In this document: positions 42,515-52,666 of the stretch, piece after piece | How positions within the stretch are numbered: position 1 is the stretch's first letter | How the letters are laid out: every line of letters begins with the position of its first letter | Position numbers and translations under genes: made by a program | DNA from: Chrysochromulina tobinii | Lineage: Eukaryota | Length of the DNA: 60,223 bases | Reading direction: 5' to 3' | Assembly (NCBI GenBank): GCA_001275005.1 | Contig: JWZX01003339.1 | Location: 1 to 60,223 of the forward strand | The notes under the pieces: generated by a model | Database searches by the model: none | Told to the model about the DNA's origin: nothing | Seen by the model: the letters and a program-made list of their open reading frames with translations, nothing else

Positions 42515-44236
42515 ATGCAGACTGCAGAGCCGTCCAGGCTCGTCGACCGGCTCCGCCTCGCCTTGGCCCTCGGCCGGGAGCAGCGCGCGGCGTGGCCGCA
42601 GCACGAGCATGCGCTCGCCGCCTACCGGCGCCTGCCGCCGTGCGGGAGCTCGGAGCCGCCACTGCTCACAATCGGCTTCATGACTGCCCCCACCAACATC
42701 GAAAGGCGGCAGCGCATCCGCGCCGCGCGCGACCTCTTGCTCACGCAGGGTGAGCGTTGCGCGGTCACGCTGGCGTTTGTTCTCGGTGACGTGACGATGT
42801 TCACAGCCGAGGAGCGCCGGCTCGTGCAGGCAGAGCGAGCTCGCCACGATGACCTCGTGCTTCTACAGGCGCACGACGGTGCGGCCACTTCCGACGCGAG
42901 CCACGGCGGCCGCGCCGTTGCCGAGAAGGCTCTCGCTTGGTTTGTGCACGCCGCCAACGCGTCGCGCGCCTCCTTCGTGGCCAAGGTGGACGACGACTCG
43001 CTGGTCAACCTCGTGCGCGTCGTGGCCGAGCTGCGCAGCCTGATGGCCACAGCGCCGCATCCGGAGCGCGCCTACTTTGGCGTGCACCTGTACCGGCTGT
43101 GGAACTGGGCGCGCTACGCGAGCACGCCCAACGCCGCGTGCGGCCGACACTCCGATGAAGGCCCACCTCGCCGTTGCGAGAAGCTCCTGACCAAGATGGC
43201 AAAGGCGGCCGCACTCGGCGGCGAATGCGCGGGAAGCCTCGGGCCGTACCCGTTCCTCGATGGCAGCTTCGAGGTCATCGGGCGTGGAGCGCTCGTCGAT
43301 ATCTTTGGCTCGGCGCGCGTGCGCCGCTTCGCCGACGACGCATTCAACAAGCGCCGGCCGCCCTTCTGGACGCATGAAGACGCAGGGCTGGGCGCATTGG
43401 TGCATCGCGAGGTCGTCGAGCGAAGGCTGCCTCTCACGTACGTGGCGCTGCGCCGGTGGGAGCACAACCGCTTCTGGCTCAATTGGAATGAGCGCTCGAC
43501 GCTCATCGATGGTGATGTGCTGTGGGCTCACTACACGCGCTCCGCGGAGCGATCGGACTATGTGGCCGGCGCTATGGTAGCGACGGCCACGCTGCCCGCC
43601 GACGGCTTGGCGTGTGGTTCGTGCATCGCGCAATGGGGCTGGGAGGCGCCGACGCCCGCGGCCGTTTGCTGCAGTAAGCCGCGCCCCCAAGGGCGAGGTG
43701 CTCCGCCGCCAACGTTGCGCGCACAGTTCGCGCCAGATCGGTATCTCAATTTGAGCTGCTCGGGGCTCGAAGACAAAGGGCCGGCGAGCCGGTACATGCT
43801 CGGCATCCTGACCCGCAGCCACGAGGCCGATGAGCGCTACGCACTACGGGAGCGCCTCGGGACACACGTGCGCTTACTACAGCGCCATGGCGAGGGCCTA
43901 GTTCGCAGCTGCTTCGTCTTCGATCCGACGCCGCCGCACGGCGGACAGCGCAAGCCGGGCGCGCTCTTCAACACGCGTGCGTGGCTCTACTTCGAGGCTG
44001 GCCGACGCGCCGACTTGGACCTCACTTCCCTGAGCCCTGCGGGCAACTTTCGCCCGGGTGCGCACGATGCGGCGCGCCGCTGGTGGCGTCGCACCGCGGC
44101 GCATGCCCGAGGGCCGCACGGGAGCGCTTACTATGCGCTGGCGACAGCCGCGGAATTGCTTGTCGGCCCGGGAGGAGCGGGTCTGGCTCGGTTCACGTGG
44201 GTGCCGCAGGCCGAGGTCGCGAAGCGCGGGCGTTGA
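42515..44236 (+). CDS. GT31-family galactosyltransferase-like protein
   Basis: IGFMTAPTNIERRQRIR; FVLG; ERARHDDLVLL; EKALAWF; FVAKVDDDSLVNL (DDD motif); YPFLDG; HEDAGLG. Confidence 0.8.
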   Translation: MQTAEPSRLVDRLRLALALGREQRAAWPQHEHALAAYRRLPPCGSSEPPLLTIGFMTAPTNIERRQRIRAARDLLLTQGERCAVTLAFVLGDVTMFTAEERRLVQAERARHDDLVLLQAHDGAATSDASHGGRAVAEKALAWFVHAANASRASFVAKVDDDSLVNLVRVVAELRSLMATAPHPERAYFGVHLYRLWNWARYASTPNAACGRHSDEGPPRRCEKLLTKMAKAAALGGECAGSLGPYPFLDGSFEVIGRGALVDIFGSARVRRFADDAFNKRRPPFWTHEDAGLGALVHREVVERRLPLTYVALRRWEHNRFWLNWNERSTLIDGDVLWAHYTRSAERSDYVAGAMVATATLPADGLACGSCIAQWGWEAPTPAAVCCSKPRPQGRGAPPPTLRAQFAPDRYLNLSCSGLEDKGPASRYMLGILTRSHEADERYALRERLGTHVRLLQRHGEGLVRSCFVFDPTPPHGGQRKPGALFNTRAWLYFEAGRRADLDLTSLSPAGNFRPGAHDAARRWWRRTAAHARGPHGSAYYALATAAELLVGPGGAGLARFTWVPQAEVAKRGR

Positions 44237-44993
44237 TCGGATCCGTTTCCTAATATAGGGCAGACCCGAACATCCTTCTTTTGTTTGTCTTCGACCCTTG
44301 AAGGTCGACGCCCGCGCGCGGCGCGGCGCCGTTCTGATGAAACTTGAAAGATCTAACGCGGAGCGCCGATGCGTATCTTATCCGGGGTCAACTTTACACC
44401 GATAAGAGAGCGCTCATCCACTTATTTGCGAGACAGAGGGTTTATTTCCCACACTTCCAAGTACGGCTATCGACGCGCGTCTTCAGACTTTGCGAAAGGG
44501 TCAGTTGAATCGACACACTTTGAGAAAGGGTCAGTTGAATCGACACACAAGGTACTGTACCGACCAGTCTTTGCAACGCCACCCAAAGTTTGGCAAATTC
44601 TGAACGTCTTCAGACTTTCGGCGTCTTCTCCTGTACAATGGCTTTGCCAGTGCCTTGGTGTCTGCCACGGCGCCTCCGATATCTCCGAGCCCATAAGGGG
44701 GGTAGGCAGCCCGCAACACCTAGGGGCGAGCGAACTGCCGCGGCCCCCGCGCCGCGTGCGTTAACCAGAATTGGTTTCATTACGATACCGCGTAAAGCCT
44801 TACGCGGTACCGCGTGATCCTCGCTCACGAGGCCATTGCCTGCCCAGGTATCAGCGCCAGCGCCGCAGCGCCGCCCGCGCAAGCTGCCCGACCGGCCGCG
44901 TGATCCTCGCTCACGAGGCCATTGCCTGCCCAGGCCTTTTCGTCGCAGACTTTGCAAAGAGCGAGCGTGTGACTTTCGGCGTGTGTGCGCACG

Positions 44994-47900
44994 ATGAGCC
45001 TCTCGGGCAAGACGATCGTCGCTGGATCGCCGGCCGAGGAGCAGGAAGAGGCGCCCGCGGCGAAGAAGGCCACACGTGATGATGAGCAAATCTGCGTGCG
45101 AGCGCGAGGCGGAGAGGAGGTCACGATGCCGCGCGAGGTGGCTCGACTCGCGGGTCATTTGAAGGATCTCATGGACGATGCCAGCTCCGAGGACGGCGTG
45201 TATCCGGTGCCCATTGTCACAGCCTCGACGCTTCGTGCGCTGGTTTGCATGCCGGAGATCGCACGTAGCGTCCCCGGTGTGCATCGGGTGGAGCAATTCC
45301 AAAACAAGTCCTTTGAGGAGCTCCGGTACGAGGGTTACGCCAGCAATCCATTATCGCCGAGCTCTGACGAGCATTCGCTGTCGCAGCTCATGGAACACGT
45401 CGAGGGCGCCCTGTTTCTGGATGCCCCTATGCTGCTCAAGCACAATCAGTTTGTCATCGCTTCCAGGGTCAACGGCAAGAATGCTGACGAGCTCCGTGCG
45501 CTGCTTGGCGCGGGTAGCGACTTTGATAGCGCCGAGCTCGAGGCGGCACTCGCCGAGTCGGCGTTTCTGCCAGAAGGCTACGAGGCGCTGCAGCAGCTCG
45601 GCGCGGCCAGCGCAACGGCACCAGTCGCACCCATGCGGCAGCCCTCGCTCTCGGGGGTGCCAGCCACTACGGATGCCAGGGAGGCTGCTCTGGGAATGGT
45701 GGACGTGGTCACGCTGTGTGAGCTCAAGGGCGTGAATCGGTTTTGGCGTGCGCTGTCACGGCGTGTCCTCTGCTCGCGCCTGTGCCGTGGCCGCGGGCAG
45801 CCGGCACCCACACATCTGGAAGAGATCACCGACCTGGACGTTGAGCTGCTCATCGAGGCCGGCCGTCCCGGGGACACGGCCCTTGCGGGGCGGATGCTGC
45901 CAGGGCTGGCGCGCCTCCATGGCTACGGCTTTGTGGTGGACGTGGCGAAAGTACGGGCCGCGACATTGGATGATGAAGACGACGAGGACGACGACGAGAA
46001 CAACGACGAGGGCCAGGAAGGATCCTTGCTTCGTGGTACTGCTAAGGCTGCTCTGGACAGCTGCATCTCAGGCGACGGAGAGGCACCGTTGAAGCTGAAG
46101 ATCGCAGCCGTTGCCTGCGCGGGCACAGGTGTGGTGTGCGGCGTTCCGGTGCAGCATATGCGCGAGGACACCATGACAGAGCTGGACTTGCGCGAAAAGG
46201 GGCTTTGTGGGCCTGTGGCCATGCTCATTTCTTATCTCATACCCGTCATGGGCGGGCTGACCAAAATTTCGCTCGCCAGGAACAACTTGGAGGAGGAAGG
46301 CACCAAAGCCATCTGCGAGGCACTAGAACAGAACACGACGCTCAAGGAGCTCGACATCAGCGGCCACCGGGAAGACAGCAACATTGGAGGGTCAGCAGGT
46401 GCCAAGCACGTGGCCAAGATGGTACGCGTCAATGGCGCGCTGACGGTGACCAACCTCCTGCACAATCAGCTTGATGAGGCGTCAGCCAAGATGCTCGCTG
46501 AAGTCGCCAAGCAGAAGGGCATCTCGCTCTGCGGCATCCAGCGCGACCAGACCACCGCTGACTTGTCCGGTCATGCCCTCCAACCGCCCGATGCGATCCT
46601 GCTGGCGTCGGACCTGTCACAGGCCGTTGTCACAGGCGGGCTGACGAAGCTGTCGCTCGCCAAAAACAAGTTGGGGGAGGAAGGCACAAAGTTCCTCTGT
46701 GATGCTCTCGTCGGCAACAACACTCTCAAGGAGCTTGACTTGAGCGGAGAACACACGTACCAAGGCACTGTCTCCAGCATTGGTGGGACAGCAGGCGCCA
46801 AGCATGTGGCCAATATGCTTTTGGTCAACGGCGCGCTGACACGCGTCAACGTCCGCCACAACAGCATTGCGGGCGACGGCGCTGCGCGGCTCGCAGCCGC
46901 TGTTCTTGGAAACCTCAAGATCGAGATGTTCAACGAGATCCCGATCAAGGAAATGCGCGCCAACTCATTCACGGAGCTGGACCTGAAGGGGAAGGTCGTC
47001 GGAGTCGAGGGAGGCATGGTCGTTGCGGGTCTCATGCCCGTCATGGGCGCGCTGACGAAAATCGATGTCAGCTGGAACATTTTTGGTCCGGAAGACGCCA
47101 AGGTGTTTGCAGATGCGTTGCGCGTCAATGGCGCGCTGACGAGCCTGGACCTCTCCAACAATGCACTCTGTGGAGTGACCTCTAGGGGTGGCACCTACAC
47201 TGCAGAAGGCATCACAGCGATTGCCGACGCTCTGCGTGTCAATGGCGGGCTGACAAGCATCGACGTCCGCCGAAACAAAATTGCGGGCGACGGCGCTGTG
47301 CAGCTCGCAGCTGCTGTCCTTGGCAACCTCAAGATCGAGATTTTCAACAAAATCCCGATCAAGGAGATGCGCGCCAACTCGCTCACGGAACTGGACCTGA
47401 AGGGGAAGTACGTCGGAGTCGAGGGAGGCATGGTCGTGGCGGGTCTGATACCCGTCATGGGCGCGCTGACGGTGACCAACCTCCTGGGCAATCAGCTTGA
47501 TGCAGAGTCCGCCAAGATGCTCACTGAGGTCGCCAAGCAGAAGGGCATCTCGCTCTGCGGCATCCAGCGTGACCAGACCACCGCTGACTTCTCCAACCAG
47601 AACCTCAAGCCGCCCGATGCTATCCTGCTGGCGTCGGACCTGTTACAGGCCGATGTCACAGGCGGGCTGACCAAAATGTCACTTGCCAAAAACGAGTTGG
47701 GGGAGGAGGGCACCAAGGCCATCTGCGAGGCACTGGAACAGAACAAGACGCTCAAGGAGCTTGACATCAGCGGCGCCAAGTACAAAAACAACATCGGATG
47801 GTCAGCAGGAGCCAAGCATGTGGCCAAGATGCTTGGCGCCAACGGTGGGCTGACAAAGGTGCCGGCTTTCTGACCCCCTACACATCCCTTTTCTGTTATC

Positions 47901-48376
47901 TAATCCACGCCTTTGCTTTGAATGGTATTGCAGCTGGACCTCTCAAACAATAAGCTGTGCGGCATCCATGATGATTATGGGCATGGAACTTACAATGCGG
48001 AGGGCATCACAGCAATTGCCGACGCTTTGCGCGTCAATGGCGCGCTGACAAGCATCGACCTCTCCCGAAACCATCTGTGCGGCATCTGGAATGACAACGA
48101 TGGCAACCGACGAGGCACCTACACCGCAGAGGGCATCACTGCAATCGCTGACGCCCTGGGTGTTAATGGCTCGCTGACGAAAATTGAGTAAGTTTGCCAA
48201 AATTTTGAACTCCCCTGTTTGCCTGCTATCAAACCTGGCTAACACACAGCAATGTGATTGATCATACATCGACCCTTGTTCCATGCAGTCTTACCTACAA
48301 CCATCTCGAAGAGGAAGGGGAGACCTCGATTCGTAACGCAGTGCAAGGAAAGGCTGGCTTTCAGTTGCAACTGTGA
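44994..48376 (+). CDS. Skp1-like + F-box + RI-like LRR fusion protein; introns 47859-47933 and 48188-48288
   Basis: Skp1 POZ-like ICVRARGGEEVTMPREVARLAGHLKDLMDD...YPVPIVTASTLRAL; Skp1 C-terminal ALFLD...IASRVNGKNADELRALLG..SDFD; F-box-like ALGMVDVVTLCELKGVNRFWRAL; LRRs LTxLDLSxNxL; spliced C-cap KIDLTYNHLEEEGETSIRNAVQGKAGFQLQL*. Confidence 0.85.
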
Positions 48377-48943
48377 GACGTGTGCGAAAGCATCAAGATT
48401 TGAAGGCGAACAAGCGTGTAGCGTGCGGTAAATGTTGGGATGCACAAAATGTGGGGATCCTTGTTCTTGAGCTGTGAGCGAACAAGCTGTAGAAAGGGCG
48501 GGGGTGCGGGTGGAGCGGTAGTAGAAAAGCTTGTCTTTTGTCCCGGAGCGGTAGTAGGCCGAGCGCGGCGTGCGGTGTGCTTGATGATTGTGGAGTGCGA
48601 CCGTATTGTGGAGAGAGTTATTTATTTTTGGCGACGGAGAGGGGATCATTCTCGTCACGGGCTAACCACAAACCAGTCGATTCGACCGCAGTCGAGTGCG
48701 CAGAGGAAGTGGTGCGGTCTGGCGTCCCAGGTCCGCTCACGTCACCGTCCGGTCCGGTCGATCCACGATCGTCGTCCATGTGCACGTCGCGTCACGCGGC
48801 CGCCGCGCTGGACGGGCGGCGACGGGGACCAGACTGAATCGCGGGTAAGGTTACTGAGTTACTTTTTTGGACACGACGTGGAACGTGTGGCGACTTGTTC
48901 AAAGACTTCTCGCTTCCAAATTCGGACACCACAGTCCGAACGC

Positions 48944-50087
48944 TCAGCGCGCGAGTCGCGCGGCACCTTGGATGAGAATCTGCGTCGTGAAGAGCACTGT
49001 GAACACGCCGAGAAACGTGACGACGAACACTTGCAGCAGCTGTGCAGGCAGCCTGGCGAATAACCTCGAGGCCACACCCAACATACGATCGGCCTGCTGC
49101 GCCATCGTCTGCGCCAACGAGGCACCGTCGGGCTCAGCGGCTACCGCAGCAGCGGCCGCCGCCTCGGCCGCAGCCAGTTCGTCAAAGAAATGGCGAAAGG
49201 TGACCACAAAGACGACGGCGACGAGCATCAGCCACGCGAGCAAGAAGAGTATGGACGTGTTTCGAAGGAGATCTCCTGCTAGGATTCTGACGGCACGCAC
49301 AGGTTCCGCAGGTAAACCTTCTAGTGGCGGCGGTGGCACCGCGCCAGCAGCCTGTCTGATGGCGCGCCAGATCTCGCGTTCAAGCTGCAGAAACTGCTGG
49401 ACGCCCAGCCGTTGAACGAGCGCGCCGAGGATTACACTTGAGATCAGGGACGCTACCGTAATAAATGAGGTTCCCTCAATGGCGTAGACGGAAGTGTATC
49501 CATAGATCGTCAGCAGATTCGAGGAGGCAGCGTAGCTGTAGATCGTCAGCAATCCCAGGATCGAAATCGCTGCGACGACGATGCCGATGCTACCGAGCAG
49601 CCTCGCACCGTCGGGCTCTTCACCAGCAGCCTCGCGCCGTAAATGCGTAAGTACACGCTGCAGCGAGTACGGTGCCTCCACTGTTCGGCAGAAGGAGACG
49701 GGTCGCTCAAGTTGCAGCATCTGACGCCTACTCGCGATTAGCACCGAATGCGCGTGCTCGGCGGCATCGCGAAGAGCGAAGGAGAGCACGGCATGCGTGA
49801 TCCTCGTGTTGCAGGATGGGCAGCGCGTGTTGCCAAGGTTGAGCCAGAGGCTAAGACAGTGACAGCAGGTGCTGTGGCCACAGGGCTGTGGACGAGCGAT
49901 GCAGCAGAATGTCAACACTGATAGCAAGGAGAACTCTTCAGGCTCGAGGGCGGCAGCGGCGCACCACAACGGTGACGGGGTCCACGAATATTTCCAGGCA
50001 CACAGAGCATGTGAAGACGTCAGAGTTGGCTCCGGTGGGGTCGTTTTCTACGCGGGTCTCATTAGAACTCCTAGCCTTCGCCGCCAT
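48944..50087 (-). CDS. C3HC4 RING E3 ligase with about 4 transmembrane helices; intron 49886-49964
   Basis: Splicing gives MAAKARSSNETRVENDPTGANSDVFTCSVCLEIFVDPVTVV|PCGHSTCCHCLSLWLNLGNTRCPSC, followed by hydrophobic segments. Confidence 0.85.
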
Positions 50088-50290
50088 CGAAGCGCGCTCC
50101 CGTACAGTACTGTACACGTAAGCAGCACAGCCGTGAAAACAACATCCCGTTTTTCACTGTGTTGAGCGTTCGAGAGTGTGAATGTCTTGGTCAATTTTCA
50201 GAGAAAACTTAGACCTTCTTGCCGGTGTTTTTGACGTCATGTTTTGACCATTCACATGCTGGTCTTCATCACGCAGAAGTCCCTTCCGTC

Positions 50291-52253
50291 ATGTTGAGAA
50301 GCTTGTTCGCCTGCCTCGCTCTACCGCCGTGGTGGCTGGGCGACCCTACCTACGTAGGCGCCATGCGCAAAGCCCTCGCTGGTTCTACTCAGGTCCGTGG
50401 GACGGAGGCTTATTTCGACAGCCAGCCGCTCGATCACATGGCTCCGAACGACATTCGCCTCGCGCACACATGGTCACAGCGATACTTTGAAGATCTGTCG
50501 CTCTGGCGTGGCCCTGGATATCCAGTCTTCCTCGCTCTCGGCGGCGAGGGTCCAGAGTACGGCGCACCAGGCGGCCTCCAGAGGGAACTCGCGGAGCAGC
50601 ACGGTGCAGCGCTCATCACGCTGGAGCATCGCTTCTACGGCAAGAGCAGGCCGACGGCAAACATGTCAGCCACCAACCTGCGCTACCTCTCTTCCGAGCT
50701 GGCGCTCGCAGATGCGACCACATTCATCCAGTGGTGGGGCGAGCAGCACGCGTCGACCACCTCGAGCTGGATCGCATGGGGTGGCTCGTATTCGGGGCAG
50801 CTTGCAGCGTGGCTACGGCTTCGCTACCCGACCTCGGTGATCGGGTCCGTGGCCTACAGTGCCCCTGTGCTGTCCAAGTTCGACTTTTGGGAGTACGATG
50901 CCGTCTGCACAAACGTCCTCACGGCCCGTGCGCTTGTGGTGCTGCTCGAATCGAGTGCCTTCGAGTGCCAACCAACGCGCCCTCTGGTGCCCTAAAGCGT
51001 CCTCGGTTCGAATCTCGGTTCCTCTCGTCCCGAATCTCGGTTCATCTCGTCTCGAATCTCGGTTCATCTCGTCTCGAATCTCGCAGTCGGCGGCGCCGGG
51101 TGCTCGAAGCGCCTGACCGACGCCTACTCGCAGGCCGTGAGCGCGCTGGCCGAGGGCGCCCCGCCTTCAGCTCGCGAGCAGGCCATTCGGCTACTCAAGG
51201 CGTGCGAGCGGCCCAATTCGACCGACGACGTCGCCATCCTTCTCGGCTCGGCGATGGGCGTCGTGCAGTCTCTCGTGCAATACAACAATGTGGGCAGCGC
51301 ACACGATGTCGGCTCGTTCTGTGCGGCGGGTGAACGAGCCGCCAAAGCAGGCGCGACCGCGCTAGAGGCATTTGGCGCGCAGCTCGACGAAACTTCCGAG
51401 AAGCAATGCCTAGTCTCGACGCTCGATACGTACATGAAACCGCTGTACGACGTCTCTTTCGACACAGGCAAATCTGAGTGCATGCTGACTGCCTCTGAGT
51501 GCATGCTGATTGCGGCTGTACGACGTCTCTTTCGACACAGGCAAATCTGATGGCCTCTGATTGCCTCTGCTGGCCTTGGCTTGCCTCTGATGGCCTCTGA
51601 TGGCCTCTGATGGCCTCTGATGGCCTCTGATGGCCTCTGATGGCCTCTGATGGCCTCTGTTGGCCTCTGATGGCCTCTGATGGCCTCTGCTGGCCTTGGC
51701 TGGCCTTGGCTTGCCTTCGAGGGCTTGTGATGACCTCTGATTGCCTCCCTCAACAGGCACGCCGACCATCCGCCAGTTTTACTACCAGCTGTGCAATGAG
51801 TTTGGACAGAATACTTGCGAACCGGGCGACAAGGGATGCGCAGAGGGCGTGCAGCCGATGCCTCCACCAACGGTCTTTGCGCCCATCGCCCACGGAGACC
51901 TCACACAGCCCAATACACTGTGCATCGGCCTGTACAACGTGACGCGCACCGCGCCGGCGCTGTGGAGCAATCGGCAGCGCGGCTGGACGAATGTGGCTCA
52001 AGGCGGGCGTGATCTGCGCGCGAGCTCGATCCTCTTCGTCAACGGGCGCAACGACCCTTACAGTAGCGTCTCAGTGCTGCCCGAGCAGCTCAGCTTTCAG
52101 CAAGCCATGGGCGGGCTTCGCTCTGTGGCCATCGCGAACGCGTCGCACTGTGCGGGCATGGAGCGGACTAGCAGTGCAGATCCTCCAGAGCTGGCCGCGG
52201 CCAAGGCCGAGGTGGGCAAGGCCGTCCGCAGCTGGCTTGCTCTTGAGGCGTAG
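50291..52253 (+). CDS. Serine carboxypeptidase S28 family; introns 50928-51086 (GT-AG) and 51468-51756 (GC-AG)
   Basis: QPLDH; PVFLALGGEG; LEHRFYGKSRP; LRYLSSELALAD; GGSYSGQLAAWLRLRYP; RQFYYQLCNEFG; FVNGRNDP; ASHC. Confidence 0.92.
51546..51745 (+). repeat. Intronic (TGGCCTCTGA)n decamer satellite
   Basis: More than 10 near-perfect tandem copies inside the GC-AG intron. Confidence 0.95.
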
Positions 52254-52666
52254 ATGGCGTAGAAGGTGGGCAAGGCCGTCCACAGCAGCAGCAGGGGGAG
52301 CCGAGGGGCTCTGTCTCAGAGCGGCTCCTGATGTTCACGCACTGAGACTCCAGTTGAGGCTTTTTTTGACATGCAAAGATTAGATGCAATCATTTGGCAG
52401 TTAAGGTAGTCCGCTTATGGTGGGCATGGGGCGAAACCTGATCTCCAAAATCACGTGTCCACCCTCCAGCACCCGCGACGCTTCAGCGCTCGTCTCTCGA
52501 ATTGCGTCGATCTCTCGCTCAATTCGGTCTTTTCTACGGACCTTTCATAGGCCGAAGATAAGGTCTGCTCGGGGTTAATTCACCCCGGTCCCTTTAATGG
52601 ACCGAAACTGAGATCGCATGCTTAGTTTGGCTCGACAACCTTTAATTTTCAATCGAAGCCCTCGGC

